A stretch of DNA of 64,000 nt from an uncultured Rhodopirellula sp. (GCA_964007735.1 CAXGAI010000019.1:1-64000), one strand, 5' to 3'. Numbered from the stretch's first letter, positions 12,775 through 24,900 are shown. Notes: generated from the letters alone by a model not told the origin. A program made the numbers and translations.

Positions 12775-12907
12775 TAGATCTATTTTAGTGGGGTGATTAA
12801 ACGTGTCTAAGGGGTGATTAGAGGTTATTTGTTGAAACACAACAACAAAAACCTGCCTATCTTTTAAATAGAGATACCAAGTATTATTGGTTAACGAAAG
12901 AATCTAG

Positions 12908-13603
12908 ATGACAGTAAAACGCACGCTCAAAACAGGCCCCCAAAAACTCCTTCTTCGAAGGCGAAATATGTGGTTGCGCCAAGGATCGGCTTCTATACCA
13001 GTTGATAAGCCGGCCGAAGATGAGGCAGCCAGTCAGTCGCGTGTAGAAAGCATCTTGTTTCTAGCGAAAGAGCCGTTGCCTAGCCGGAAAATAGCATTGT
13101 TAGCAGACATAAAAGATGGGCGGGAAGTCAGGAGGATCATAGCAAGATTAAACAATCGATATGACACTCGTGGCCAATCTTTTCGTATAGAACAAATAGC
13201 AGGCGGATATCGGTATATGACAAAGCAAGCCTATTCCACATGGATACGTCGACTCGAAGCATCGCCTTCTTTAGTTCGCTTTAGCCGTCCAGCAATTGAG
13301 ACTCTTTCAGTGATCGCGTATCAACAGCCAGTGATGAGAGCGGAAGTAGAGGCGGTTCGTGGTGTTGGCTGTGGAGAGGTGATTCGGCAGTTGATGGATC
13401 GTGGATTTGTAAGAATTAGTGGTCGTAGTGAAGATCTTGGCAGGCCATTTTTGTATTCAACATCCAAAGGATTTCTAGAAACCTTCGGCTTAAACACTTT
13501 GGAAGAGCTGCCTGAAATAGATCTTCCAGCCTTGGCCACCGCTCAGGCGTGCGAGCCTGATGAAGAGGCTGTTTTGGAGGTGAAAGACGACCAGGTGGCC
13601 TGA
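12908..13603 (+). CDS. scpB: SMC-Scp complex subunit ScpB
   Basis: VESILF, ETLSVIAYQQPVMRAEVEAVRGV, GRPFLYST..FLETFGL..LEELP. Start uncertain. Confidence 0.92.
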   Translation: MTVKRTLKTGPQKLLLRRRNMWLRQGSASIPVDKPAEDEAASQSRVESILFLAKEPLPSRKIALLADIKDGREVRRIIARLNNRYDTRGQSFRIEQIAGGYRYMTKQAYSTWIRRLEASPSLVRFSRPAIETLSVIAYQQPVMRAEVEAVRGVGCGEVIRQLMDRGFVRISGRSEDLGRPFLYSTSKGFLETFGLNTLEELPEIDLPALATAQACEPDEEAVLEVKDDQVA

Positions 13604-14884
13604 CTAGTCTTTCAGTTGGAATAGTTTTTTCAGGGCGTCGAGCAACCCAGATCCTTCTTCTGGGCTCACTTCTTCTCGCAGAGACTCTAGTGGTGGATGT
13701 AAGAGCTTATTAACAACCCGACCCAGTGTAATGTCGATTTCATTCTGTATTTTTGGGTCCTTAGCAACATCCCCTAGTTTGTTAATCAGCCGCTCTAATT
13801 CAACACTCTTAATTTCATTGGCTTGTTGCTTAAGGCGTCCAATCCAAGGGCCAGTAACTCGCCGATAAAGATCTGACATAAACCGACGGGTTTCTTCTTC
13901 GATGATTTGCTCCGCCTTGGGCCATTCACGTTTTCGTGCTTTTCGGTTACGTTCACAGACCACCTGTAGGTCGTCAATGGAGTAGAGGTAGACGCCCAGG
14001 AAATCCCCTAAAGCAGGGTCTATATCGCGAGGCACAGCCAAGTCGAGAATAAACAAAGGCTTTTGGTACCTCTTATGGGAAATTGATGCAAATTCCTCTG
14101 CAGTAATGATGGGTTCCGTCGCGCCTGTTGCGCTGACAATTAAATCGGCCTCAACAAGTAAGTTACTCAATTGATCCCAGGCAACAGCCATCCCGGTTGT
14201 GCGGGTAGCGAGATCAAGTGCTCGTTGATGGTTGCGGTTTATAATTCGTATGTTCTGTGCATTTTTGTCGATGAGGTATTGGAGGGTTTCTTCCCCCATC
14301 TGACCTGCTCCGATAACTAAAATCATCTTGTCATCGAAGCGTTCGAAAAATTGGCTGGCATAATCAGCGACAGCAACTGATGGTATGCTGACCCGTTTGC
14401 GATGAATGCTGGTCTCCGTTTGCACTCTTTTTGCAACTCGCATTGCCGCCTGAAAAGACGAATGGGTTAGTGGGCCGGTATTTTCTCCTTGATTGGCTAT
14501 ATCATAGGCCTGCTTAACCTGTGACAGAATTTGTGCCTCTCCAATCACCATGCTATCCAGACTCGCTGCCGTGGTGAATAAGTGCCTGATGGCATCTTCG
14601 CCTTCAAGCGGCTGGAGTTCGTTAGCAATTTCTTCAGGTGCTAAACCATGGTAATTAGCTAAAAAATCAATTAGCTGCTGAACGCTAGGACAGTTTTCCT
14701 CTTCCTCAGCAGCAGCATAGATCTCCATCCGGTTACAGGTTGACAGCAACACGGCTTCCGACTGTGGGAATGCTATCCGCATTTTGGCTAGGGCTTCAAC
14801 GACCTGGTTGGGTTGGAAGGCCAGCTTTTCTCTAAATGCGACATCGGTGTGGTGGTGACTACACCCAATCATCTGCAACTTCAT
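13604..14884 (-). CDS. hemA: Glutamyl-tRNA reductase
   Basis: LSTCNRME, SLDSMVIGEAQILSQVK, IGAGQMG, DLAVPRDI. Confidence 0.97.
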   Translation of the reverse strand: MKLQMIGCSHHHTDVAFREKLAFQPNQVVEALAKMRIAFPQSEAVLLSTCNRMEIYAAAEEEENCPSVQQLIDFLANYHGLAPEEIANELQPLEGEDAIRHLFTTAASLDSMVIGEAQILSQVKQAYDIANQGENTGPLTHSSFQAAMRVAKRVQTETSIHRKRVSIPSVAVADYASQFFERFDDKMILVIGAGQMGEETLQYLIDKNAQNIRIINRNHQRALDLATRTTGMAVAWDQLSNLLVEADLIVSATGATEPIITAEEFASISHKRYQKPLFILDLAVPRDIDPALGDFLGVYLYSIDDLQVVCERNRKARKREWPKAEQIIEEETRRFMSDLYRRVTGPWIGRLKQQANEIKSVELERLINKLGDVAKDPKIQNEIDITLGRVVNKLLHPPLESLREEVSPEEGSGLLDALKKLFQLKD

Positions 14885-15771
14885 TTTAAGGACTCCCAGA
14901 CGTAAGAGACCTGGTCGTTTTGAGCAGCATGTTCCGCCATGAGCGTAAAGCTTAGCACCATCACCAGGAAGACAAAGCTGGCAAGAGTTAGGTATGCAAT
15001 TTTTTGACCCCGTCGCGCGGGCTTATATAATGCTTCAAAAATGGTGACACCGATAAGCCAAAAGAGCAGTGCACCCGACGAGAGGATGACACTGTTTGTC
15101 CACGGGATGCCGGTGTGATTTTCTGAATTTTGTAGAATATTCATAATAGCACCAGAGACGAGTCCGGCAGCAATCAATCCGGTGGCATAAAATAGAGAGA
15201 GCCGATTGCATTGCTCAAGCCATTCTAGGCTAGGCAGGCGAAATCCAACGCGAGGCGGCATTTTCTTTTTTAGTCTGAAAGCATGTACTAAATACATGAC
15301 ACCGGCAACAAAAGCTACGATCATAGCCGACGTACCAAGCAATAACGAAATGCCGTGAGTGATAGCCCAGACATTGGTTGCTTCAGAAGGGGTGAAGGCC
15401 TCTCGGTTTTTAATAAGCAGTGCAATCAGAATTAAAAGGAGGACTAGCGGCAAGAAGAAAATCCCGACCGAATTTTCATTTTTCTTGATTGCAATAATGG
15501 CGTATGTAATGGCAACGGCTAAAGAGACCATCAAGCACCAGTCGTACCAACTTGCCATTGGAGTGCCACCGCTAAAGTCTTTTTGGAATTTAAGCCACAG
15601 GTAAACGGTATGGGCAAAAATTCCGGCAATCGTAATACCAACAATGATTAAAAACCGAATCGGTGCACGGAAAAAGAGACGCGAGATTTCTAAAATCATC
15701 GCAATCGCATAGCTAAATGCAAAGCAGGATAACGATATTTTTGTCATCCAACTACCATCTGAGCTGTCCAT
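14881..15771 (-). CDS. ccsA: Cytochrome c assembly (CcsA/HemX-like) membrane protein
   Basis: About 8 hydrophobic segments, W...HG, RLPSLEWLE; 4-bp overlap with hemA. Confidence 0.75.
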   Translation of the reverse strand: MDSSDGSWMTKISLSCFAFSYAIAMILEISRLFFRAPIRFLIIVGITIAGIFAHTVYLWLKFQKDFSGGTPMASWYDWCLMVSLAVAITYAIIAIKKNENSVGIFFLPLVLLLILIALLIKNREAFTPSEATNVWAITHGISLLLGTSAMIVAFVAGVMYLVHAFRLKKKMPPRVGFRLPSLEWLEQCNRLSLFYATGLIAAGLVSGAIMNILQNSENHTGIPWTNSVILSSGALLFWLIGVTIFEALYKPARRGQKIAYLTLASFVFLVMVLSFTLMAEHAAQNDQVSYVWESLK

Positions 15772-16026
15772 ATCGATACAACACCAAAAATTCTAAAAAG
15801 GATGGTTTTAAGTATGCCCTTGTTGGAATCACCGCAGCAAATCCGTTCTCGTATATCTAATTTTATCCACTAAAGTACAAGGTAGTGAAGTAGGCAAATA
15901 ATTCATCAGGCTTAAAGAGGTTGAACATAGTCAGTGGGGCTGCATAGTCGCTACAACTGACAATATTAGCTCTCTGGTGCCGCATCCCAGAGTTAAGGAA
16001 GCTAAGGCAATCGTGAAATTTCGACC

Positions 16027-17145
16027 TTACAGGCCATCGTTATTATCGAGACCCAGTTCTTTGATTTTTTTGTGCAATGTGTTTCGGTTGATCCCCAGCA
16101 TCGCAGCAGCTTTGGTTTGAGTGCCACCGCAGGCGATTAGAACCTGATGTATCAATTCTCTTTCTAGACCCTCTACGAGCTTTGTGTGTAGGTTACCTTC
16201 AGCGGGATTCAGTTCTCGCAGTCCTTGTTGGACTAAAATTGCGTGGATTTCTTTTAGTTCAACAGGCTTACTATCTCCAGACTGTAGGGGTTTAGGGTCG
16301 CGGCCTAAAACAGAAGGCGGAAGAAGTGTCGTTGTAAACTCATCGCCGGCTGCCATAACCACAGCCCTCTCGACATAGTTTTGTAGTTCCCGTACGTTGC
16401 CTGGCCAGTGATATTGTTGTAAAGCATCAAGAACATCTCGAGAGATATGAACCACATAGCGGTCATAGGCTTCGTTGTAGTGATTCAAAAAAAAGGTCAC
16501 AAGCTCAGGGATGTCTTCCCGCCGTTCTCTCAGCGGGGGAATTTCGATGGGCACTACATTTAGACGCCAATAGACATCTTCACGGAATCGCCCTTCATTG
16601 ACCTCGTCCATTAGGTCTCGGTTGCTGGCAGCGATTACACGAGTATCGATGCTGATAGTTTGGGTGTCACCTACACGTTCAAACTCACGTTCTTGCAAAA
16701 CGCGCAATAACTTTACTTGAAGCTGTAATGTGGTCGAGTTGATTTCATCAAGAAAAATAGTGCCCGAGTGTGCTGCTTCGAAACGTCCCGTTCGATTGCT
16801 TACAGCTCCAGTAAACGAACCTTTAACGTGTCCAAATAATTCACTTTCAAGCAGGTTTTCACTGAGTGCTCCACAATTGACTTTTACAAACGGACCTTGC
16901 TGGCGATTACTGAGATGGTGAATAGCATTGGCAATCAGTTCTTTACCCGTCCCTGTTTCTCCAAGGAGGAGAACCGAGGCGTCACTTTTTGCGACTTGTT
17001 GCGTTAGGCGGTAGACCTGTTGCATCGCGCTGCTGGCACCAATGATACCGTCGATTGAGAAAGAGTCCGGAGAGATATCGGCAGACGTCCGGTCATTAAA
17101 ACCGGAAGATTGGTCAGAGGATCCAAATGGCTCGGATGTAGCCAT
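16027..17145 (-). CDS. Sigma-54-dependent enhancer-binding protein (AAA+ plus Fis HTH) without a sensory domain
   Basis: [52 protein letters not shown] at 17145 preferred. Confidence 0.92.
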   Translation of the reverse strand: MATSEPFGSSDQSSGFNDRTSADISPDSFSIDGIIGASSAMQQVYRLTQQVAKSDASVLLLGETGTGKELIANAIHHLSNRQQGPFVKVNCGALSENLLESELFGHVKGSFTGAVSNRTGRFEAAHSGTIFLDEINSTTLQLQVKLLRVLQEREFERVGDTQTISIDTRVIAASNRDLMDEVNEGRFREDVYWRLNVVPIEIPPLRERREDIPELVTFFLNHYNEAYDRYVVHISRDVLDALQQYHWPGNVRELQNYVERAVVMAAGDEFTTTLLPPSVLGRDPKPLQSGDSKPVELKEIHAILVQQGLRELNPAEGNLHTKLVEGLERELIHQVLIACGGTQTKAAAMLGINRNTLHKKIKELGLDNNDGL

Positions 17146-17261
17146 GACTTTTAACAATGCTTCCAGGACAAAAGATGAATTGGCCGGTCCCAAATGACTT
17201 AGCCCCGCCTGTTAATTAGATTGTAACAACATCTAAAAAGAGGGGTATTGTGTAATGCATG

Positions 17262-19769
17262 TTATTCCTCGGAAGAGTCCGCTGGACTTGTCCCAGCTTC
17301 GATGGAGTCCAAAAGCTCACCAAGAATATCGAGTTCTTCCTGCGCACCAACAATGCTTTTATTGTATAGGTCATACTGCTGAGTGATCTGATCCCGAGTT
17401 AATAATATTCGGTAACTGCGAACATGCCAACTAAAGGCCTTTGCCGCCAATTTACGGTTTTCTAAAATGGCGTTGTTCAGACTTGCTACGGTAAGTAAAG
17501 CTTTCTGGGCTTCAGGGGTCGGGAGATTCTTCAGGACCTCCGTGGCAGGTACACATAGACGTGGAAAGAATAGCGCATTAATGATGGGCTCTTGATGGCG
17601 GACCGGGTTGTAAAATCCATAGACGGCTTCATTGGCCAGGATTTTCGCGAGCCACTCAAGACAAGTATGTGCTTGCTCAACGCGTTCTTCCACGGAAATG
17701 GATTGATAGTTAACAGTCTGTCTCAATACCTTGGTTTGGAACAGCATTTGATCCGCGGTGTTTGGCTCGAACAAAGCAAAGGTAAGCGGGTCTACGTCCG
17801 CCAGGCGTTGAGCTCGAGAATGTTCGCGATATCCTTCCACTGAAGGCAACGGTTTCTCATCAGAATCAATTTGTTCTTCGAGTGTACCAAGGCGGTGTTT
17901 GATGCTTCGGATCTTATAAGCTGGATTAGTGGCGATTTCAGCCCGGTGCAAAATAGGGTTTTTGAAGAAACCGTCTTCGTCTTTACCGGTAACGCTATCT
18001 TGGACAACCCGGTCAAACTCGAGACTTAGATCAGAGGTGTTATCGATAATGATTCCAATGGGAATTCCGGCGGTGCGAGGGTCGTTCCGGAGCTTGTATA
18101 CCGTATCATTCAACCCTGGATTCTGAATCGCTTCGCTTAAGATGATAAATTCATAGTCGGGGTTTTCTTGTGCAAGATTAATGAGATTGTCGCCAGAGAT
18201 AGCTCGGTCCCCAGCCAAACCGATCTGAGATAGCAGACCAGCCCATTTTAAACCTCGGTCAGGTTTTACGTCTGCTGCCACCGCTTTACGAGACCCACCT
18301 GTCTGGATGAAGTACGCGGCAGTCGCTGTGATATAACTACTCCCCGGAAATGGCTGTTTAGGATCCATTTTAAAAATGGCATTGGCGATGGCGAATCGTA
18401 CTCGACGACTCGGATTATTCAAAGCCTCAACCAGTCGAGTAGACTTGCCGGTCGTTGAGTACAGCAGTGATTCGTCACCAATATCACCAAGTACTTCTGC
18501 AGCGCCCACAGCGGCTGGATAATGTTTTGTTTCCAGGCAATGCTCTAAAAGAGAAAGTACATATTCCGGAGATTCCTGGCTCACTAAAGCTTTGGTTCCA
18601 TTCGCAAGTGGTTGGTTTACACCATTGAGAACCTTGCTGGATTCGAGTACGCTGCGAAGGAACAGTTGTTTGTATTCAGGGTTTTCTAAGTCCAGTTTGT
18701 ATAGATCGCGAGAAGCGATCGCGGCATAGGCCAGGCTAATAATGCGAGCGTCTCGCAGTTCTGGTATTACGGTCTTTTGATCAGCGTCGTACGTCCACAA
18801 AATTAATCGGCCTTCGCTATCTTGAGGGAGCATTAAATCACCCTTCAAGTATCTTGTATGCTGTTGTTTGAGATATTGAGCGGCCTCTGTTCTTGTGGGC
18901 ACCACACCAACAATCTCTGTAATCGCCTGTCGCGCGGCAGTACCGACTGGAGAGTCATCAGGCTCAAGGATCGTCAAAGCCACAATGCGGTCAGCAATTC
19001 GGATTGCCCTCAGTTTTCCTAGAGCAGAAATAATGCGAGCTTTGTGCTCCTCATCTTCCACTTCCAGAAATCCAATTGTTGGCTCAACTGCTATACTCCC
19101 CATGCCAGCCAGTGCTATCTTGATGCTGTCGTAGTAGTCTCTCCGAGTTGGATCGCCTAAAGCGATCCCCAGAGCGACAGCCGCGTTAATATCACAGGTG
19201 CGTAGTTCACTGGCGGCCCGGCGTCGAACGAATTCGTCTTTATTGCCAAGGTCATCAATTAGGTTAGCGATTCGGGCATCATCACGAAGGTATGTGATTG
19301 CTCCATCGCGAATCGTCTTAACAAAGTCTCCACCCTCCGGTTGTAGTCTTTTGTGGACAGCTATTTCGTAAAGGAATCCTGAGTTAAGAGATCGTTGAAT
19401 CTCCGAACAATCTTCTGGCGAAGGGGTGAGTGTTTGAAATGATTCAATAAACTTTCGGGCGATATCGGTTCGTCCTAATTGGACACATAAACGAATTGCG
19501 TTGGCTAGTTCTATTGGTGTATTTGGATCTTCAATCAGTAACTGCCGGATGATTATATTATTTTCCCCAGCCAGCGGTGTATTTGAATTTAGTGGTTGCT
19601 GACCAGGTGCAGCTGGCCCGGGTTGCGCAGCAGGCGGGGTACCAAAGGGGTTGTTTTGAGCCAAAATATTTACAGGAAAAAATCCTGAAATAATTCCTAA
19701 GACGAGCAAACTGACCCCGAGCACAAGGTGCTGGGGATTAAATTGGCGTCTTATTAACCTATTAGACAT
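17262..19769 (-). CDS. HEAT-repeat protein with N-terminal signal/TM segment and internal receiver-like domain
   Basis: HEAT-like units (LIDDLGNKDEFVRRRAASEL; LVEALNNPSRRVRFAIANAI), hydrophobic N-terminus, LRNDPRTAGIPIGII. Confidence 0.75.
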   Translation of the reverse strand: MSNRLIRRQFNPQHLVLGVSLLVLGIISGFFPVNILAQNNPFGTPPAAQPGPAAPGQQPLNSNTPLAGENNIIIRQLLIEDPNTPIELANAIRLCVQLGRTDIARKFIESFQTLTPSPEDCSEIQRSLNSGFLYEIAVHKRLQPEGGDFVKTIRDGAITYLRDDARIANLIDDLGNKDEFVRRRAASELRTCDINAAVALGIALGDPTRRDYYDSIKIALAGMGSIAVEPTIGFLEVEDEEHKARIISALGKLRAIRIADRIVALTILEPDDSPVGTAARQAITEIVGVVPTRTEAAQYLKQQHTRYLKGDLMLPQDSEGRLILWTYDADQKTVIPELRDARIISLAYAAIASRDLYKLDLENPEYKQLFLRSVLESSKVLNGVNQPLANGTKALVSQESPEYVLSLLEHCLETKHYPAAVGAAEVLGDIGDESLLYSTTGKSTRLVEALNNPSRRVRFAIANAIFKMDPKQPFPGSSYITATAAYFIQTGGSRKAVAADVKPDRGLKWAGLLSQIGLAGDRAISGDNLINLAQENPDYEFIILSEAIQNPGLNDTVYKLRNDPRTAGIPIGIIIDNTSDLSLEFDRVVQDSVTGKDEDGFFKNPILHRAEIATNPAYKIRSIKHRLGTLEEQIDSDEKPLPSVEGYREHSRAQRLADVDPLTFALFEPNTADQMLFQTKVLRQTVNYQSISVEERVEQAHTCLEWLAKILANEAVYGFYNPVRHQEPIINALFFPRLCVPATEVLKNLPTPEAQKALLTVASLNNAILENRKLAAKAFSWHVRSYRILLTRDQITQQYDLYNKSIVGAQEELDILGELLDSIEAGTSPADSSEE

Positions 19770-19869
19770 AACCTAAACCACCCAAAGTTCTTATTTTGAC
19801 CCTGATTGACGTATAGCGACCCTAAAACAACGTAAGTCGCTACAAATAAAGGAGTTACAGGGTAGGAGG

Positions 19870-21249
19870 CTACATCTCTAAGCGTGTTTTCCACGCTGAA
19901 ATCTGAGCTTTAACCTGTTCAGGAGCGGTTGAACCATAGCTTTTAAAGGCTGCGATGGCATTTTTCACACCTAATACTCCATATATCTTTTCGTCCAAAT
20001 CGGGCGAAAGCTTTTGGAACTCCTCCAAAGGAAGTTTTGCAAGTGAAGTATTATGTTCGGTTGCTAGTGCAACGAGGCAGCCTATCATATGGTGAGCAGT
20101 CCGCTGAGGGATGCCCTGCAGAATGAGATATTCCATCATTGTAGTGGCATCAAGGAATCCCTGTTCCAGTCGTTGATTAATGCTATCGGCTTTTATTGTG
20201 GCTCCTTCGACAAGAGGGGCGGCAATGTCTAAGCATGCTTCCACTGTGTCAAAAGCGTCGAACAGGGCCGGCTTGTCTTCTTGAAGATCACGGTTGTAGG
20301 CCAGCGGAAGCCCTTTTATAAGGATTAGCAGAGTTTGCAGGCTTCCGATCACTCGGCCGGTTTTTCCACGTATTAACTCCAGAATGTCTGGATTTATCTT
20401 CTGTGGCATGATCGATGAGCCGGTACAGAATTCATGTGGTAAATCGATGAAATCAAATTCGATCGTTTTCCAAAGGATCCATTCTTCAGCCCAACTGCTG
20501 AGGTGTGTCGCGACCATACTTAGAGCAAAAGCGGACTCAAGCACAAAGTCCCGATCGCTGGATACGTCGAGGCTGTTGGCCGCAACGCGATCAAAGCCAA
20601 GTCGTTCAGCGGTATCTTGTCGGTCTATTGGAATGGAGGTCCCGGCCAGCGCTGCGACGCCTAGGCTGGACTCGTTTAGTCGTTTGCGGCAATCCGCGAT
20701 GCGTTCTCGATCTCTTTGGAGTTTTTCACAATAGGCGAGCCAGTAATGCGGAGCTAAAACAGGTTGGGCTCGCTGCATGTGAGTGTAAGCAGGAATAATC
20801 GTGTCAGCATCCTGATCACACCTTCCGACAAATGCCCGCTGCAACTGCAGTAAAAGTTCATCGACTCGGTCGAGAGCATCCCGGACCCAAAGTCGAAAAT
20901 CGGTACTTACTTGATCATTCCGACTACGTCCGGTATGTAGTTTCCTTCCGACATCACCCAACTTGTCGATCAACATTTTTTCGATGTGCATATGGATGTC
21001 TTCAAGGGAGATCGAGGTGGTAAAGTTACCAGCTTCAATATCAGCCTTAATGTCCAACAGGGCTCCTTCAATAGCTTCTCGCTCGTTGTCGGTTAAAATA
21101 CCGATTTTCTCGAGCATTTGAGCGTGCGCAATAGAGCCTCGGATATCGTGCGCATAAAGTCGAGCGTCAAAACTGATGCTTTCGGTAAAAAGCTCAACTC
21201 GACTATCGGTTTCTTTGGCGAAAACGCCGGATCGGGAAGGACTGGCCAC
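19870..21249 (-). CDS. argH: Argininosuccinate lyase
   Basis: [48 protein letters not shown]. Confidence 0.97.
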   Translation of the reverse strand: MASPSRSGVFAKETDSRVELFTESISFDARLYAHDIRGSIAHAQMLEKIGILTDNEREAIEGALLDIKADIEAGNFTTSISLEDIHMHIEKMLIDKLGDVGRKLHTGRSRNDQVSTDFRLWVRDALDRVDELLLQLQRAFVGRCDQDADTIIPAYTHMQRAQPVLAPHYWLAYCEKLQRDRERIADCRKRLNESSLGVAALAGTSIPIDRQDTAERLGFDRVAANSLDVSSDRDFVLESAFALSMVATHLSSWAEEWILWKTIEFDFIDLPHEFCTGSSIMPQKINPDILELIRGKTGRVIGSLQTLLILIKGLPLAYNRDLQEDKPALFDAFDTVEACLDIAAPLVEGATIKADSINQRLEQGFLDATTMMEYLILQGIPQRTAHHMIGCLVALATEHNTSLAKLPLEEFQKLSPDLDEKIYGVLGVKNAIAAFKSYGSTAPEQVKAQISAWKTRLEM

Positions 21250-21409
21250 GGTTAAACCCTGCTTTTGGCAAGAGAAACAAGCGTCTGGTACTCGGAAGAG
21301 TTCATGCTAGATGCGACTATATGGACTGTCAACGAGCAAGGGAGTGTGTGCTGATTTGAGGTAAATAGAGAATAGGAGCATCGAAGTCATAAATTTAACC
21401 GTCGGCGGC

Positions 21410-21439
21410 TTGCGAAAAGGGTAGTCGGCGGGATAAAAT
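21410..21439 (+). promoter_or_regulatory. Possible sigma-70 promoter of carB
   Basis: TTGCGA-N18-TAAAAT about 140 bp upstream of the carB start. Confidence 0.35.
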
Positions 21440-21578
21440 CAGGAAATTTTATGCGCTAAATGGACTCTAAGGTGTTTAGAGATACACCCTCATTCGGGAC
21501 CAGTTGTAACGAAACGAGATGCGTCATCAAATGAAGACTCAGTTTTGACGGTAACTTAGCCCCAGAAAGTAGTAGCTC

Positions 21579-24500
21579 GTGCCACGCCGCGACGATATCA
21601 AAAAGATCTTACTTATCGGTTCTGGCCCAATTGTAATTGGCCAGGCATGCGAATTTGACTATTCAGGAACTCAGGCTTGTAAAGCCCTTCGGGAAGAAGG
21701 GTACGAAGTTGTATTGGTGAACTCCAATCCAGCGACCATCATGACTGACCCGGCTTCAGCGGACCGAACTTATATTGAGCCACTCACCTGGCAGATGGTA
21801 GAGAAGGTCATTGCAAAAGAACGGCCAGACGCACTGCTACCAACGCTTGGCGGGCAAACCGGTTTAAACGTAGCGATGGATTTGGATCGTCACGGCGTGC
21901 TGGAAAAATATGGCGTGGAAATGATTGCAGCCAATGCAGCCGTTATTGCGAAAGCAGAGGAACGCGATCAATTCAAAATTGCAATGGAGAAGATCGGACT
22001 TGGCGTCTGTAAAGGGCAAACGGTACACACGATCGAAGAGGCACGTAACTTTTTGGGCGAGATTGGATTGCCGGCTGTGATTCGACCATCATTCACCATG
22101 GGCGGAGCCGGCTCAGCAATAGCCTACAACCGAGAAGAGTTCGATTCACTCGTTCGTAACGGTCTCGACCAGTCTCCGGTGACGGAGGTTCTCGTAGAGG
22201 CCTCCATCATTGGCTGGAAAGAGTATGAAATGGAAGTGATGCGTGATCACAGTGACAATGTGGTTATTATCTGTGCCATTGAAAACTTTGATCCTATGGG
22301 AATTCACACAGGGGACTCTATTACCGTGGCTCCTGCTCAAACGCTTACGGATAAAGAATATCAACGAATGCGGGATGCATCGTTAGCGGTCATTCGAGAG
22401 ATCGGTGTTGAAACGGGCGGTTCTAATATTCAGTTTGCCATTAATCCGGTAGACGGTCAGATGATCGTTATTGAAATGAATCCGCGTGTAAGTCGTTCGA
22501 GCGCCTTAGCTAGCAAAGCCACCGGATTCCCGATTGCCAAAATCGCCGCGAAACTTGCGGTTGGTTATAGCCTCAATGAACTCAAAAACGATATTACGCG
22601 TGAAACACTTGCTTGTTTTGAACCAACCATTGACTATGTGGTTACCAAAATTCCACGTTTTGCATTTGAAAAGTTTCCAGAAGCAGACCACACGCTGACG
22701 ACTCAAATGAAGAGTGTTGGCGAAACCATGGCTATTGGACGAACGTTTAAAGAGTCATTCCAGAAAGCTCTCCGAGGCCTCGAAGTTGGTAGCTTTGGGT
22801 TTGGCTGCGACAGCAAAGACTTATGGGGCACGGATGAGCAGCCTACGGATGAAGAGATTCGTGCAAAACTAAGCATTCCGAATTCCGAGCGAGTCTGGTT
22901 CCTGCGTTATGCGATTAAAGCGGGCTATACCCCGGAACAACTCTATGAGATCACGTACATAGACCCCTGGTTTCTTGATCAGCTTTATGAGTTGGTAGAA
23001 ATTGAAAATACGATATTAGCATGCGGTAGTATTGAAAACATAGATCAGCCATTGCTTAAACGAATCAAGCAAAACGGTTTCTCAGATCGACAGTTGGCGA
23101 CGTTGCTTAACAGTAGTGAGATTGTTGTTCGCCAGTGGCGAAAAGATCTTGGCATTGAACCGGTATTTAAGTCTGTAGACACGTGTGCAGCAGAATTTGA
23201 AGCTTATACACCGTACTACTACTCGACCTATGAGGACGAGAACGAAGCTCCGGAAAAACCGGAAGGCAAAAAGAGGATTATGATCCTTGGTGGTGGCCCA
23301 AACCGAATTGGTCAGGGGATTGAGTTTGACTATTGTTGTTGTCACGCAAGTTTTGCTTTGCGTGAAATGGGTATCGAGTCGATTATGGTCAACTCCAATC
23401 CGGAAACAGTGAGTACAGATTACGATACTAGTGATTTGCTATTTTTTGAGCCACTTACGATCGAAGATGTTCTTAATATCTGTGATCGAGTCCAGCCAGA
23501 TGGCGTGATTGTCCAGTTTGGTGGCCAAACACCGCTCAATTTGGCGCGAGGGTTGCAGAACGCAGGAATTCCAATTATTGGAACCTCTGTAGATACGATT
23601 GAAGCTGCAGAAGACCGTGAGAAGTTCCAGCAATTGCTAAACAAGCTTGAATTGCTCCAACCACCCAACGGGATCGCCCGTAATATGGAAGAAGCTCGGC
23701 TGGAAGTTGCAGAAATTGGATATCCGGTCCTTGTTCGTCCCAGTTTCGTACTAGGCGGGCGAGCGATGGAAATTTGTTACGACCACTCACAGTTTGAACG
23801 ATTTGTCGCTGAGGCATTTGTTGTAGCGCAGGGTCAACCAGTGTTGATTGACAAATTTCTCGAAGATGCGACGGAAGTCGATGTGGATGCGATCTGCGAC
23901 GGCTCCAAGGTTGTTGTAGCAGGTGTGATGGAGCATATTGAAGAAGCCGGCGTTCACTCGGGTGACTCAGCCTGTGCAATTCCTCCCTATAGTTTATCTG
24001 GTCCCGTCGTCAATGAGATTCGACAGGCAACGGAAGCTTTGGCTATGGAATTGCAGGTTTGTGGTTTAATGAATATTCAGTTCGCGGTTAAGAAAGAAGA
24101 TGGCGAACATAAGATTTATGTTCTGGAAGTTAATCCCCGGGCCAGCCGGACGGTTCCATTTGTTGCAAAAGCAACCGGATTCCCGGTCGCTAAGATTGCA
24201 ACGCAGGTCATGACAGGTAAAACGTTAGATGAGCTTGGAATTGACACTGCTCCTGTGCCGGGCCATGTGTCTGTTAAAGAAAGTGTTTTTCCGTTCCGTA
24301 AATTTGCCGGGGTTGATATTATTTTGGGACCGGAAATGCGTTCAACCGGGGAAGTCATGGGGTCGAGCGAAAGATTTTCGATTGCTTTTGCCAAGAGCCA
24401 GCTTGGAGCAGGGATTATTCTTCCCAAGGAAGGCAATATCTTTCTTAGTGTGACCCAGCGCCATAAAGAAATTATCAAAGACCTCGCGCAGCGATTGCAC

Positions 24501-24821
24501 GACATGGGCTATTCTCTAATGGCTACGGAAGGGACGGCGGCAAGCATTGCAGAAGCAGGCATCCCTGTCCAACGTGTGAAAAAGATTGCGGAAGGGCACC
24601 CTAACCTGATCGATCATCTTATTGATGGTGAAGTGGCTTTGGCGATGAATACGCCAAATGGCAAGGGAGCTCGGACGGATGAAGGCAAAATTCGGGCAGC
24701 GGCAGTCCAATACGGTGTTCCATGTATTACTACGATTCAGGCTGCCGAAGCCGCGGTGAAAGCAATGGAAGCACTTCGCGAGGAAGAAATGAATGTGGTG
24801 GCGTTGCAGGATCGCTGCTAA
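21579..24821 (+). CDS. carB: Carbamoyl-phosphate synthase large subunit
   Basis: [17 protein letters not shown], duplicated ATP-grasp domains, [14 protein letters not shown]-terminal MGS domain. Confidence 0.98.
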   Translation: MPRRDDIKKILLIGSGPIVIGQACEFDYSGTQACKALREEGYEVVLVNSNPATIMTDPASADRTYIEPLTWQMVEKVIAKERPDALLPTLGGQTGLNVAMDLDRHGVLEKYGVEMIAANAAVIAKAEERDQFKIAMEKIGLGVCKGQTVHTIEEARNFLGEIGLPAVIRPSFTMGGAGSAIAYNREEFDSLVRNGLDQSPVTEVLVEASIIGWKEYEMEVMRDHSDNVVIICAIENFDPMGIHTGDSITVAPAQTLTDKEYQRMRDASLAVIREIGVETGGSNIQFAINPVDGQMIVIEMNPRVSRSSALASKATGFPIAKIAAKLAVGYSLNELKNDITRETLACFEPTIDYVVTKIPRFAFEKFPEADHTLTTQMKSVGETMAIGRTFKESFQKALRGLEVGSFGFGCDSKDLWGTDEQPTDEEIRAKLSIPNSERVWFLRYAIKAGYTPEQLYEITYIDPWFLDQLYELVEIENTILACGSIENIDQPLLKRIKQNGFSDRQLATLLNSSEIVVRQWRKDLGIEPVFKSVDTCAAEFEAYTPYYYSTYEDENEAPEKPEGKKRIMILGGGPNRIGQGIEFDYCCCHASFALREMGIESIMVNSNPETVSTDYDTSDLLFFEPLTIEDVLNICDRVQPDGVIVQFGGQTPLNLARGLQNAGIPIIGTSVDTIEAAEDREKFQQLLNKLELLQPPNGIARNMEEARLEVAEIGYPVLVRPSFVLGGRAMEICYDHSQFERFVAEAFVVAQGQPVLIDKFLEDATEVDVDAICDGSKVVVAGVMEHIEEAGVHSGDSACAIPPYSLSGPVVNEIRQATEALAMELQVCGLMNIQFAVKKEDGEHKIYVLEVNPRASRTVPFVAKATGFPVAKIATQVMTGKTLDELGIDTAPVPGHVSVKESVFPFRKFAGVDIILGPEMRSTGEVMGSSERFSIAFAKSQLGAGIILPKEGNIFLSVTQRHKEIIKDLAQRLHDMGYSLMATEGTAASIAEAGIPVQRVKKIAEGHPNLIDHLIDGEVALAMNTPNGKGARTDEGKIRAAAVQYGVPCITTIQAAEAAVKAMEALREEEMNVVALQDRC

Positions 24822-24855
24822 CACGGCTGAAAGACAATCAACTATTTAGGCGCAT

Positions 24856-24898
24856 AAAAAATCCCCGGCTTGGTGAGTAACCTTGCCGGGGTTTTTTT
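24856..24898. terminator. Bidirectional intrinsic terminator between carB and the DUF1501 gene
   Basis: AAAAAATCCCCGGC-loop-GCCGGGGTTTTTTT between convergent genes. Confidence 0.8.
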
Positions 24899-24900
24899 GT

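Noticed and set aside
15863..15871. TTATCCACT, one mismatch to a DnaA box
   Set aside because: Isolated; similar one-mismatch hits occur inside genes, as expected by chance.
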